A DNA stretch of 64,000 bases from Paragordius varius (Eukaryota > Animalia > Nematomorpha): assembly GCA_964247055.1 (NCBI GenBank), contig OZ176058.1, forward strand, positions 2,728,001 through 2,792,000, given 5' to 3'. This document shows, piece after piece, positions 1 to 13,500 of this stretch. Both the position numbers and the translations under genes were made by a program. Within the stretch, counting starts at the first letter, position 1. The number at the start of each line of letters is the position of its first letter. Under the pieces are notes generated by a model. That model was not told the DNA's origin. It searched no databases and saw only the letters and a program-made list of their open reading frames with translations.

Positions 1-3
1 TTT

Positions 4-51
4 AATTGCTGAGGAGGGTCAATAATTTAGAATTGTCCGAAACGTACAATT
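4..51 (+). ncRNA. Putative minimal type I hammerhead ribozyme
   Basis: AATTG(4-8) CTGAGGA(9-15) GGGTCAAT-aatttaga-ATTGTCC(16-38) GAAA C G T A(39-46) CAATT(47-51). Shows the CUGANGA core, G-C closed helix II, palindromic ACGU helix III, GUA cleavage triplet and 5-bp helix I. Confidence 0.7.
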
Positions 52-153
52 TTAAATTTTTTTATCTGGAGTTTTAATAATCTATTCTTGTTTCCAAATT
101 TTATCAAAAATATGATTAAATGCTTTTATAAATATGCTTTCTATACCTTTTAG

Positions 154-1477
154 CGGCAAACATGTTAGCAGCCATGAATGGAACGATTGACCCTTGCACA
201 GATTTCTATCAATATGCTTGTGGTCGGTGGGACAAAGAAAATATTATACCTGAGGGTGAACTTAAAATAACACCATTTACGCAGTTGACGCATAGACTGC
301 ATATAAAAGTTAAAGGTGATGACATCTTTTTAACTTTTATTCTTAGATCACAATTGTCCAACACGCCCTCCTAAATATATCTATGCCCGCGAGATATTAT
401 AAATAGAAAATTTTACGAACTATACCATTTTCAACCAGACGCAACATTTTTTTTACAAACGCAACATTACAAATGAGAAAATGTTGCGTTTGCTAGGAAA
501 AAATGCTTTTGATTGAAATATTATAAAATTGATTTTATTAAACAACTTTCCTGAATAAGTCTTTCCGAATTCAGCTATAAACTAAAAAAAATTTGAACAG
601 TCTTATTTTTGGTTAATAAATATTAATGTCCATTTCTTTCACGATAGCGGCCCTCAAAGCGCTTTGTGTTGGACAACCCTAGTAACTGATTATTTTATGA
701 TCGTAATGCGACACTTGTGTAGTTAATATTAATAATTAGAACATTTATATGGGTAATAAAAATTTGCACAATGAATTTGCTAAAGATATGTATTAGGTGT
801 TTGCAAATCACATTATTTGTCACCAAATGGTTATACACTAGCGTATGTTATAAAAGACGACTTGTGCATAATGAAAAAACCAATTTAATATTGTAGGATA
901 GGAAACTAATTGTTTAGTTTCAATTTGTTGTTTTTAACCGTACGCTACTGTATTTTGCCAAAAATAATGTGAATTAGTTAACTAATATTTTGTATGTGAA
1001 AATGTAATGTTTCGGTTTTGGTTAAAATATTTAATTAATACAACTTACTGTTTAATTGAATTCGTCATAAATAAAATCGAGTTTGATTGGTTTTATCTAA
1101 TAAATGTATAAAAATTTGATTTTTTCAAAATCTAACAAATTTGCATTTAATATCATGGATAGTTAAATTTAAAATTATTTAAATTAATTTATTTCGCTAA
1201 TTAAATAACTTAAACTATATTAGCAGAAATCAAAGTTCTAAAAAGTATGGTTGTCTTTTACAAAAATATTTGTCTTACCTTTAACGTTTTATCCGTAAAT
1301 CCATTAGAGTTTATTTGTGGAAAATAAAATGCCCACGTAATATTTACTATGTGAACACACTGAAAATTTTATTTTATTTTTAATTTTTAGGCATTTTAGA
1401 GGAACCGTTTGATGAAAAAGTGGATCGCCCTTCAATCATTAAAGCCAAAAAGTTTTATCAATCTTGCATGAATGAAA

Positions 1478-1517
<40 letters not shown>

Positions 1518-4500
1518 GTTAATTTTTACGATTCCATGTAAACTTAAATATAATTGATTAAAAAAATAAATTGGAAAGTTAAAAACCCTTCAATTGTATT
1601 ATTTATTCACAGAATAATTTGGTGCTACTTAGAACTCGTCAAAAAAATTATTTGATTCCAGTGTGTTGTTCATAAAAAAATTTGCATTAATATTTTTTAT
1701 TTCTTTCTCAGAAAAAATTGTGAAAAAAATCTTTAGAATTTTTAATATAGCGGATGGCGAATATTTAAAATAAATGAATTTCACCTCATGTGAAAATAGA
1801 GAATTGAAATTAAGCCTAAATGATTTGGAAAAAAGAGTATTTATTTTTTATTTTATCGCAAGATTATCCAATTTTCGTAGTTAACTATCAAATTATTGTT
1901 TTCGTTTTTTCTAGAAAATATCGAGAAAATTAAGATAAAACTATAATCGAAAATTTTATGAATAAATTTAAGAAAATAGCGAATATTAGTAAAGTTTCTT
2001 AATGGAAACGGGAAAATATTTATAAAGGCGGACAAACATTATAAAAAGTATTTTATAATTCCTATCCAGTATATATCGAGAAAATGAAACCTAGAATCGC
2101 ATACTTAAAAAATGCCATTGATCTTTTTAAGATCTAAAAAATTAGGATGGACAAAACTATTTTTTTGGTAAATGAAAAACATTTTATAAAGGAATTTCAT
2201 TTTTATCAGAAAACATAGAAAAAATAAAGCTTAAACCATCAATCGAATTTAATCAATATGGGGGATGACTATTATTAGGGGAAATCAAACCAATTAAAAT
2301 TCATAGGATGACCAAATATAATAATTTAAAACTTAAGCTGAGAAGTTTGACCATAAAGATATATTTCACAATAATGATGAGTTATATTGGCCCGAAATCA
2401 CATAATTTTTTTGTGGGGAATTAATAGAATTTTTAAACTATGTGTCAGGAATTGTCTTTATATTTTAAGAAAATAACAATATTAATACCTTTATTTAAGT
2501 CACTAAATGGGAATCAATTTTTTAAAATTATTTTATGTGTATCTTTTTTTTCCATAAAAATTATTTTTTTTTCTAACAGAAAATATTGAGAAAATAAAGA
2601 TTAAACCTTTAATCGAATTCCTGAACCAACATGGGGGATGGCCTATACTGGCAAATTCAAATCGGAATTTCGATAATCACGTGACGGCTTGGAACTCGTC
2701 TGCTTTTGATCCCATTCAGACGATTGCACGTCTCAGGAAACATCGCCTCAATATTCTTATTCATGAATCAGTTAATCCGGATAAAAGAAATTCTTCACAT
2801 TATATAATTGGGGTAAATTTTTACATAAATTTTTTAATTTTTGAAACAATATTATTTTATTGTATAAAATACTGTAACAAAATTTAAAATATACAGACAA
2901 AAAAGTTGCTGAAAAGCACTAATTTTTAAACTTTGTTAAATTTATCGTTATAATTTGGAGATAAATGATTGAGTGTATTACCAATTTATATTACTAAAAA
3001 TTTTACAACCCAAAAACGATAGATTATATTGAAAAAAATCTAGTTTCGAAAAAAATAAATGTAAATAGACTTTTGTCTTTTAGAATAGACTCTTAAATCT
3101 AAAATTTATTAACTACAATTTTGTTTTAGTTTATATATAAAATTATGACAGCTTTGCCTGAATTAAATTTATTACGTTATACTCCAAAACAAAATTTTTT
3201 TGTGGTTAGTTTAAATTTAAAACAACATCTTTTTTGCCATAAAAAAATTAGGTACCATAGAGGTATCCCTGATAACCAAATATTTTTATAGTTTATTATA
3301 ATAAAACTTTTTTATATTGCCTAACACAAACTCAGTTAGATCAACCCAAATTCCCCTACCAACGAGACCTAAGGGCCATGGATAAAAAATTCTTAAATCA
3401 TTACTATGGCTTTATGCTTGAGATTGTGGATTATTTCGGAGTTGAAAGGCATATTAATGAAGCCTCTATGAAAGATGTACTTGCTCTCGAATATCAATTA
3501 GTTAATGTAAGAGAATATTTTTCGTAACACCATTTTTAGTTAGTTAATTTTCAGTTTATTAAACTACCTTATATCATTATACACGGATTTAACAATCAAC
3601 AATATATACATCTCAAATTCACTTTTGAAAATTTTATATTTCACCGTTGAAAAACTCAAACTTAATATAAATTATATTTATTTATGTAAACAAAATTCTT
3701 GTATTATGTTGATTTAATTTTAATAGCCCTTGAATATCAATAAGTTATAAGTATTATGTCATATTTTCATTTTAATTTTTATTAATACCTGGGTAAGCAA
3801 ACCGCGGCCCTAAAAGTATGCTGTTTATGGCCCTAAATTATTTATAATATTTATCTCAGTATGTATATCTGCAAAGGTGTCAAACAGCTATGAAATTTTC
3901 ATTTTCATTATATGGTGCACAGCCTTTGAGGCAATATAAATATATTTTGTGGGGCCCTTTAAAATTTTTTGATATCATTATTTAACGAATTTAATAATTG
4001 TAACTAAACAACAACATTAAAAACTTTAAATTCATCCTAAATCTATTTAAATGAATCCTCAAAAATTTTAGAATCACCTCTAAATTCAAATTCACCCTAA
4101 AATATAATATGGTGTTTTCGGGCTAATATAACTCATCATTGATTTTAATTATTTCTCTATTAGGTTAATTTATATTTTCTTTTTTTAAAAAATATAAAAA
4201 ATAGCTACGAATATTTATTATTAATGAAAGTATTAAAAACAATATTTTACACCTCAAATTCACTCTCGAACATTTCAAATTTCTCCTTAAAATAAATTAG
4301 TTTTTTAGGGCTATTATAACTGTTCATTAACACTCCATTACCTTTTGGGGTAGATTTATATCCCAAGTCATTTGAAATTCGATCTTAAAAAGTATTTAAG
4401 GTAAGCCGAACTATGCCTTTTTTTATCTTTTTTACACATGCTACATAATTCTTTTTAAAACCATGTAAAATTAATAAAAATCCTCATCTCAAACTTTTTA

Positions 4501-7500
4501 TCACCATTTATATATAATATTTTTATTCCATAATATAACAGGCAAATGTATATTATGGCGGAAAAAATGTATATTATTAACTTTAAAAAGATTCAGGCTA
4601 AACTTCACCAGCAAAAACTTGATATATTTTGATTTTAATATCAGCTGTTCGTTTCAATCGTGTTTTGGAGCTGTCTTAATTTTAGACTCAAGAAGTCACA
4701 AAACTGTAAAAAAATATGAGCTTTTTCGTCTAATACATAAGAACCATGTTTGCTAATTAAATTTTAACTAAAATAACTTTAAAAACAGAATTTTATTTAC
4801 AAAATTGAGCTCTGGAATAAAAACTACCCCATAAAAAATGAAAATATTTTTGAGTGTTAATATTAATAATTTCTATTTCCTGTTAATTTTAAGAGAATTT
4901 TTTACTCATAAAAAAAATAATTAATTTAATTTAAGTTTTACCAACCATATTTATATCGCAAATTCACCCCTGAACATCTTCACCAAATATAAATTATGCG
5001 TTTTTTGTGGGTATACAACTCAACATTAACTATGAAAATTTTTTGATAAAATATAAAAAGATATAAGCATTTTAGATATTCAAACATAATTAATTTTGGG
5101 GTAAATTTTGATTTTTTAAGGGTGAATTTGGAATGTTCAAGGATGACATTAAATTGTTGGCTGAAATTGAGGTGTAACTGGTATACATACACAGTTTACA
5201 AATTAAATTAGCATATAAAGAAATAAAACATAAAAAATTAAAAATAAAAATATGCTTATTAGATTATTATGTGATTTGTAATATCAATTTTAATGCTGCA
5301 AATATTTGTTTGTCCACATGATTTCAAAACTGGTCGAAAAATTGATTTTTACTTCTATTAAAAATAAATTAGCATATTAAAGTTTATTTAAGGTATATTT
5401 TTATGCACATTTCTTTTGCATTTGCACATAACGACCAATAATAAGTCACTTAAAATCAAAATAATTTTTGTGGTGAAGCCCCCGGTGTTTTGAGTTTTGA
5501 CTGTTGTTGTGAATCTACATTTTAATTTGATTTTTAAAAATTGCCTTTTTGCGAGCATTGATTAATGCTTTGACGTAATAAAAATCTTTATTAGGTTTCC
5601 AACCAATATTAAATTATGGATTTTAAATTCTATAAGTGATTGAGCCTATAAATTATACATAATCAGCAAACATTAAAAAATACTTTACAAATAAAATGGA
5701 ACTAAAAAACATTAAATGAAAATAAACGATTAAAAATACTTTTGGAGCTAAAGAATCGAAATAACCATTGTAATTACGTTTATATGTGCCTTTATAAAAA
5801 TTCGTAACATTATTTTTCTATTATATCGCCGAATTATATATTCAAATAAAAAGAGATAATTTTTAATAGAAAATAAGGGTTAGAGAAAGGCTAACACGTT
5901 CAATTTAATATATTTTAGAAGAAAAAAATAATAATTTTATAATTTTTTTAATTTCGTCCTCATAATTTTATTTTTTTGTATATTTTAGATTAGTTTCCCC
6001 TTGAGAGCTCGACAATCGGTAGCCAAATATTATCTAAAAATGACGGTTGAAGAATTGCAAAACAAAATTCCCAAAGTAGAAGCTTTAATTTATATGATAT
6101 TTTTTATTCATAAAAAATTAATTTATAAAAAAAATTTTAACTTTATAGAGGGCAGTCTTGACTTAAAAAAATGGTAAAATATATTTTTAAACTTAATTTT
6201 TAGATATATAGTTTATATTAGGGCTGACTGAATATCGAATCGTAAAGTTATAAATATATTAGAAAATAATTTGAAAATATTTTTGTATTAGAAAAAGATT
6301 TTGTTTAATAGGTGAAGGGTTTTTATTTTAAACATCTTACAGATTCATTTTTTGATAGGACTAATATGATATATCTAGAAATTATTTAGTAAAGTTTAAA
6401 ATTATACGGACAAAACTTACATAATTATACATTTTTTTCCCCAAAGATAACATCATTTTTAATCTGAAATCTATATATATTATAAATTGTTTTGCCAATA
6501 TTTTTATTAATTATTTTGGGTCAATTGTCAAGACTGTAGCATATAGGTAAATAACACAAATGGTTGAAATTGTACAATTTTCCCTATCTTACAATATGAA
6601 TTTTTTAAGATATAGGATAAAATTTGTTTTATCCTCATACGCTACTGTATAATCAATTGGCCAATGTTCATTCTTTAAGTTATAAGTTTTGTATTACAGT
6701 AGCGTATGGTAAACAAAAAACTTAATCCATAATTTATACACAAAATTAATGCTATTACGTGGAAATTTTTTTTTAAATACAAGCATTTGTTGTTTGCTAT
6801 CATACGCTACTGTATTACCAATTAACCAAAATTAAAATTTTTTTAAACAAAATACTAAAGATTGATTGGATGAAATATTTGTCAGAATTGGTGCCAAGCA
6901 TAAAAGCTAATGATTCTATTGCTGTCCTATCCTTTACTTACTTTCAAAAGCTTGCGCATATCTTGGAAACTACACCGAAAGAGTTTATATTATAATATTA
7001 ATAAAGATTTTTGATTCGAATTTTCAATATTCAAACTTTCTAAAAGAGGTTATATTTAATGCAAAGAATTAAATTCGTTTTTTAAATGAACGTTAACTGA
7101 AACGCATGAATTTGATTAATTATCAGTAAAACGAAAGAAGCGAAATTTATATGAAAATACATCATTTTTTAACTGAATAATGAATAATTACTATCGCTTA
7201 TAAATGCCTTTTTTGTATTATAAATCTTAAAAAGTACAGTCATGTATCCTTTATTTTATCCAAAATTTATTTTTTTCGTTAAATGGGCCTAATTATTTGG
7301 TAAAGAATGGAAAAGACAAGAGCTCTATGGTAATTCTTGTACTTTTTGATCAGTATGATATTATTAATATCATAGAGCTCTTGTTTTTTCCATTCTTTAC
7401 CAAATATTTATACCCATCTAACGAAAGAAAATAAATTTTTTAAAAAAAAAGGGTACATGACCGTAATAAATATATATTAATTCGATTTGATTTGATTTGA

Positions 7501-10500
7501 TTAATTTAATTATTTTGTATAAATAGTTATCAATTTTTCATACGCCATAATCACTTATTTAGTTATTAATTTCCATAACATACAGATAATATAAAGTTTG
7601 AAATAATGCATTCATTTAAAAGCGGTTATTGCTCATGGGGGTTAAGATTATAAGGAATCTTTTGAATAGTTATATCTATTTATTTAGTTTTTCGTAAAAT
7701 TTATCTAAAAAAGTGTGATATTAAATTTTTAAACCACCATCAGACTTATGCCATACAAGTGTATAAGTTAAAAATGATCATGCATTGCATTTCCATAACT
7801 AATTTCATTAAATAATTGCGATGTTTTTAAGATAATTTTATATGATTTATGTTATATTGGATATATATATCAAATATATCCAGAATAACTCATAATACTT
7901 CTTTTATATTAACGTTTTTAATTCACAAAATGAAACAATCGTATGTGCTGTCAAAGGTAACCTTGTTTCACGGCTATAGTTTATAGGCCAACAGTCTCTT
8001 AAAACTGCGCTAAAATCTAAAAAACAAAAATATTTTATTTTATACTAGCTCCAAGTTTCAAAGTTCTAATTCAATAACTTTTAAAAATCAGCCGTCTTGT
8101 TTTTATTAATAAATTCTGCTAGTCTATTTCTATGAGTTTTATATTATTAAATATGATTATTTAAATATGTTGAGAGGAATTTAAAATATAAAAAAATTAT
8201 AATTCGTTAACAGTTTAAATACTCAAAGAAAAGAACCGGTCTAAAACCCCTTTAAGGAAAAAAAATGTTTTCAAATTTCTTGTTTCTTATTCTTAACAAA
8301 TAAAAGTTAAAACGCTAAATTTTAAAATCTCATATTTTATATAAATAATTTGGGGAAACGGGTTTAAAATATTAAGAAATTATTAACATAAGTTAATATA
8401 ATGGCTTTATTCCAAATTGCGTTTTAAAATCAAAATCGAAAAAAACGGTATTGATTATTTTTACGAATAATGTTCTCAGTCTATATTTTCTTGATTTTAA
8501 TCTCAAGATTAAATGATCAAATTTAAGAGCTCTTATATAAAAATTTTTAGAGTCCTAGCCAATTATATAATGTGGAAAACGGTCCATACCTTGTTGCCAT
8601 ACACTAATCGTGATTTGATAGACATCGAAAAAACTTTCAATAAAGTATGATATTTTATATACATTGTGATACTATTATTATTATTCATCTTATATAGTTT
8701 AAAAATTAATTTATTATAAAAAGGGACACATATTTTTTATCCATGATTTTTTTAATGTAAATTAGAGTAAATGTTTAAATTTATTATTGAGTATTTTTTT
8801 GAAATATTCATGACATTTTTTATTTAAAGCCTCGCTTGTATATCAATATTGAGGTTACGAAAGAAATAGTGGATCTTTTTTTATATTTTAATAAAAGAAA
8901 ACACTAATTATGCAAAAATATTTGGTTTTCGCTATTAAATATATTCGTCGGTTACTTTTTTGTTTAATTTTAATATTTATTTTCTAATTAAAAAAACAAT
9001 TTTTTTAAATAAAAAAACCCATATTTTCACCCTTGATTTTTAGTTGGTAAGCCCCTAAATTGTCGCTTATTTAAATATATTCTTTTTTTCTGTTAATGTT
9101 TTGATTTAAAATATGCTAATCTAAAAAACAGTTTTATTAACTATATATTCTTATATCCATGATATTTAGCCTATGTTACATAACACAATACAGCGTATGA
9201 CATGAAACAATATTAGTCCATACAAGAATTAAAAATGTCTTTATTTTGAAAAAACAAGGGTATATTATGGATATGTATATATACAACTAGGCTTATTTTT
9301 TTAAAACAAAACATTTTTTTATTCATTTTTGGACTAATTATGTTTTATGCTATACACTACTATTATAGTTATTTCACAATTTTAATTACCATGTGAGTTA
9401 ATCTACATTGCATTTTATAAATATGCTGCCAGATTGCATATACGGCAAAGAGCATTATTATTGATTACAGTAAAATAGAAAAAATAATCTATTACAAAAA
9501 TATTTAGGAAAAACTGTTATGTAATTATTAAAACATACTTTGATACATTTTCACGATTGTAATCTGTAAAGTTGATTTATTCACGTATGGCAATATGGTA
9601 TATTAAAATAGCGTTGAGCGATAAAAAGAAAAACCAAAAATAAAAAAGTTACTGGCTATTATATCACAAGTTCTTTTTATGTGTGCATGCCTTATTTGCA
9701 TAGACGTTACACAATGGTTATTCTCAACAACAGATAAGCTTTAACACGAAATATATATATAATATCCAAATACAAAATAACTGATGCAACATGAATTGAG
9801 GGTGTTAACAAAATAGAATATTATAACCTTACATTACTTTCCCCCTAAGTTAACCACGGGGGCTGTCGTGTTCGTACATTATACCTATAAGTTTAAACGA
9901 TCGGGAGGCTGCCATCTTCTTAGCGGATATCTACGCTCGGGTAGGTCAGAAACCTCCTTTACCACGTCGGGTGTGGCCTCTACAGGCGTCAGCGATTCTG
10001 GGGCTACGTCTTGCCATGAGGTAGCAGGAGTTGGGGCATGGACTATTTGAGATTCCGAGGTGGGATGGAAGGTTTGTTCGGAGTGGGCTCCCTCGACATG
10101 ACCCTGGACACTTTCGACGCTGGGATATTTATGCTCTATTAAGGGATTAGTTTCGTATGAATTCCTGACCTACGTCGTAACTGATCTGCATGTTTACGTT
10201 TTCGAATCCCTTCCTCATCTTGCACTTCATACGAGAGTAACCCCCTTCTCTCCCGAATGTGACCTGGCCGCCAGCCTAAGGCCATTTCATTTTTAATATA
10301 GACAGGATCGTCTTGTTGGAATTCGCGTTTCGGTTCATTTTCGTGCTCTATAAATTCGACAGGGGTTGTTTTTACCCAAGAGATAGGATTGTGTACACGC
10401 CGTTTTAGGAATATGGCGGAAGGCGTTTCTTTTAGCGAAGAATGCATGCTAGTTCGATACGAATAAAGGACCGTGTTGATAGCTTCATATGCATGCATTT

Positions 10501-13500
10501 GTTGGGTCTTAGTAGCGGCGTATTTCGTTTTTAATGTCTTTATTACTCTCTCTACTAGACCGTTTGTTTTGGAGTGATAGGGTGCTGCACAGATGTGCTT
10601 TATATTCATCTGATTTAGGAGAGTCGTAAATTCTCTTGAAGTAAAATACGTGGCATTATCGGTCACAATTTGGCGGGGAAAACCAAATCGTGCGATGTGT
10701 TTTGCCAGGCAATTTAAAACGCTTTGACTCGTTATTGATTTAAGAAGATCTATCTCTACCCACCGTGAGGCGCTATCGATAGTCACTAACCAATAATATC
10801 CGTCCACCGGTCCAGCAACATCTATATGTAACCTTTCCCATGTCAAACTGTTAAAATTCCATCGATAGGGAAGATTTTCAGGTGCGTTAGGCCGATAGGT
10901 TTGCAAGCCTCGCACCTTTCCACATAATTCGCTAGATCGGTGTCTAATTCGGGCCAAAATACCGAACACCGGGCTTGGGCTTTCATTGTTTTTAGCCCGC
11001 TGTGTCCCACATGCAGAAGTTTCAATATCGCTTCCTGCATCGCTTGTGGTATCACTAAGCGATCATTCAGGTATATCAGATTATAACAACACTCCAAGTC
11101 GTTTTTATGTTTTAAAAAAGGTTTCAGATCTTCGTCGATTCAACTGTTTTTCCTGAGAGCATTTTTAACTTTTGATAACCGTTGGTCAGTGATCGTTGCC
11201 TCTTCGACCACTTTCTTATTTACATCCAGCGTTTTTAGAGCCAAAAATCGTACCTGCTTGATGGCCGCGTCATCTTCATCATCTGGTTGGCTATGCTCTA
11301 TGGGAAGTCTCGACAACGCGTCGGCTAAGTTTTCTTCCCCTTTCTTGTAAAATATTTCATACTGGTACCCGATGGTATTCGATATCCACCTGAGCAGTTT
11401 GCTATTATTAATGTTGTTGATGTCTCTCTTCCGCCCAAATAGTGACACCAGCGGTTTATGATCTGTATATATCTCGAACGGTCTTCCATATATAAAGTAT
11501 TTAAATTTTTCTAGGGCAAACACTATGGCCTTGGCCTCTTTTTCGATCGTGGAATAACCCTTTTCTGCTATTGAACAAGTTCGTGACGCGTAAAAAATTG
11601 GGCGTTTCCCCTGTGGGGTCTTATGAAACAGTATTGCCCCAAACCCCTTGTTGGAAGCATCGGTTTCGATCAACAAGGGCAAACGGTCGTTAAATGGCAT
11701 TAAAGCGGGGGGCCTGGTTAGCAAGCTTTTTGCTTTCGCGAATTCACTATCATCTGCCGGGGTCCACCGCCAAGGTGTATTCTTTCCACTTAACTTGTGT
11801 AAGGTTGCTAGGTGTGGGTGACAGTTTGGTATAAACCGCTCATGAAAATTTATTAAGCCTAAGAACGAACGTAGCTCAGTTTTGTTTTTAGGTGTCGGAC
11901 AATTTTTAATCGCTTCTAATTTTTCATTGGACGGCTCAATACCTTGGTCAGAAATCACGTACCCCATGTATTTGACTCGTGAGATACCAATTTGCAATTT
12001 GTCTCGGCGCAATCGTAATCCCGCCTCTTGTAACCTTCTAAATACTTCCCTTAATCTTTGATCATGTTCCTCCCTGGTAGCTCCGGAAATTAAGACATCA
12101 TCCAGGTAAACACAAATACCAGGTATGTCCTTTAAAAGATTGTCCATGCATCTTTGAAAGATCATAGGTGCTGAAGTTAATCCGAATGGAAGTCGTTGGT
12201 AAGCATAAAACCCTTTGTGAGTTGTGATGGTTACTAGCGTCTGTGACGCCAGGTCTATCGGAAATTGTAAGTAAGCATCTTTCAGGTCTAAAGTGGAAAA
12301 AATTATCCCATTTGCCACTTTGGTGGCCAACTCGTCAAAAGTAGGTATCAGATGAGAATCCTTTGCTAAATAACGATTGATATTAATTCGGAAATCGGCA
12401 CATATCCTAATTTCTCCATTTCCTTTAATTATATTTACTGCTGAAAAAACATTTTTTGGGAATTCTAACCGAAACGCCCGCATCCAATTCATCCCGAACA
12501 CGGCTGGCGGGTTAGTTTGCGTCGCCACGCAGGGCAGGCACTTCTCCTCTTCGTTCAAAACCACTGAAATCATCGATTCGAGTACTTCTATGGGGCCATC
12601 ATTGTAGGTTCGCAAATTTGGAGCTGGGAGCAAACGAGGTCGACCAATATTTACCCAAGTGCGCTTGCCAATAACGGATACCTCGGCGCCCGTATCGTAG
12701 ATAAACGTTGTTGGTATATTATTTATTAATACTTGGATCCGGGGGGTGTTGTTCGGGCTAGTCATGGTGCGGATTGACGGCCGTCGGAACGTTGCCTTGC
12801 ATACTGTGCTGAAATGATTCCATTTGTCGCAATTGAAACACCGTTTTCCTTTTGCCGGACAGGTGGCGGAACCATGTCGATACCCACAATTACTACATAG
12901 CTTTCGGGTTATTTGATTGATTGTATTATTATTATTAACAACTGGTTGGATACTTGAAGGAAGTTCACTGGTATTATTATTGTTCATATCATTATTATCT
13001 CTGATGTTGTGAACCTTTTTATCTTCTAATTCATAGGAATAAGCGATGTCTACAATCGCTTGAAGGGTTACCGGACCCCCGTCCTTTTTGCCATCTGGAT
13101 ATTTGGATTGAATTTCGCGTTCGACTCTGGGATTTTCAAGACCTACCAGGAATAAATCGCGTAATTTTGACTGAATATCCCCTTCGAATTTCCCGGCTTC
13201 ACACTTTGCTTTCAGACGTTCCAGGAAATCCATGACTGATTCATCTGGCATTTTTTTTAATCGGTAGAATTCAACTCGATTTAACCATAGGCTGCTGATA
13301 TGTGAATATATCTGAGTGGCCAAGGTTGCAATTTCCTCCCATTCCATGTCATCTATGAGTTTTGGGTATGCTAAAGTTTCGATTTTCATTATTACTTGAA
13401 TACCGCCGAAAGCGAGAAAGGTGCGTTTCATAGTGGTGCATTGGATTCGATATTTTTGGAATTTAAGACTCTCCTGATGTGACGTATATATTGCGTAAAA

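Noticed and set aside
7680-7790. Possible decayed copy of peptidase exon 8551-8644 (atgccataca match)
   Set aside because: Similarity too short to support by eye.
9868-10050. Plus-strand ORFs 9868-10050 and 12377-12607
   Set aside because: Antisense shadows of the retrotransposon pol frame.
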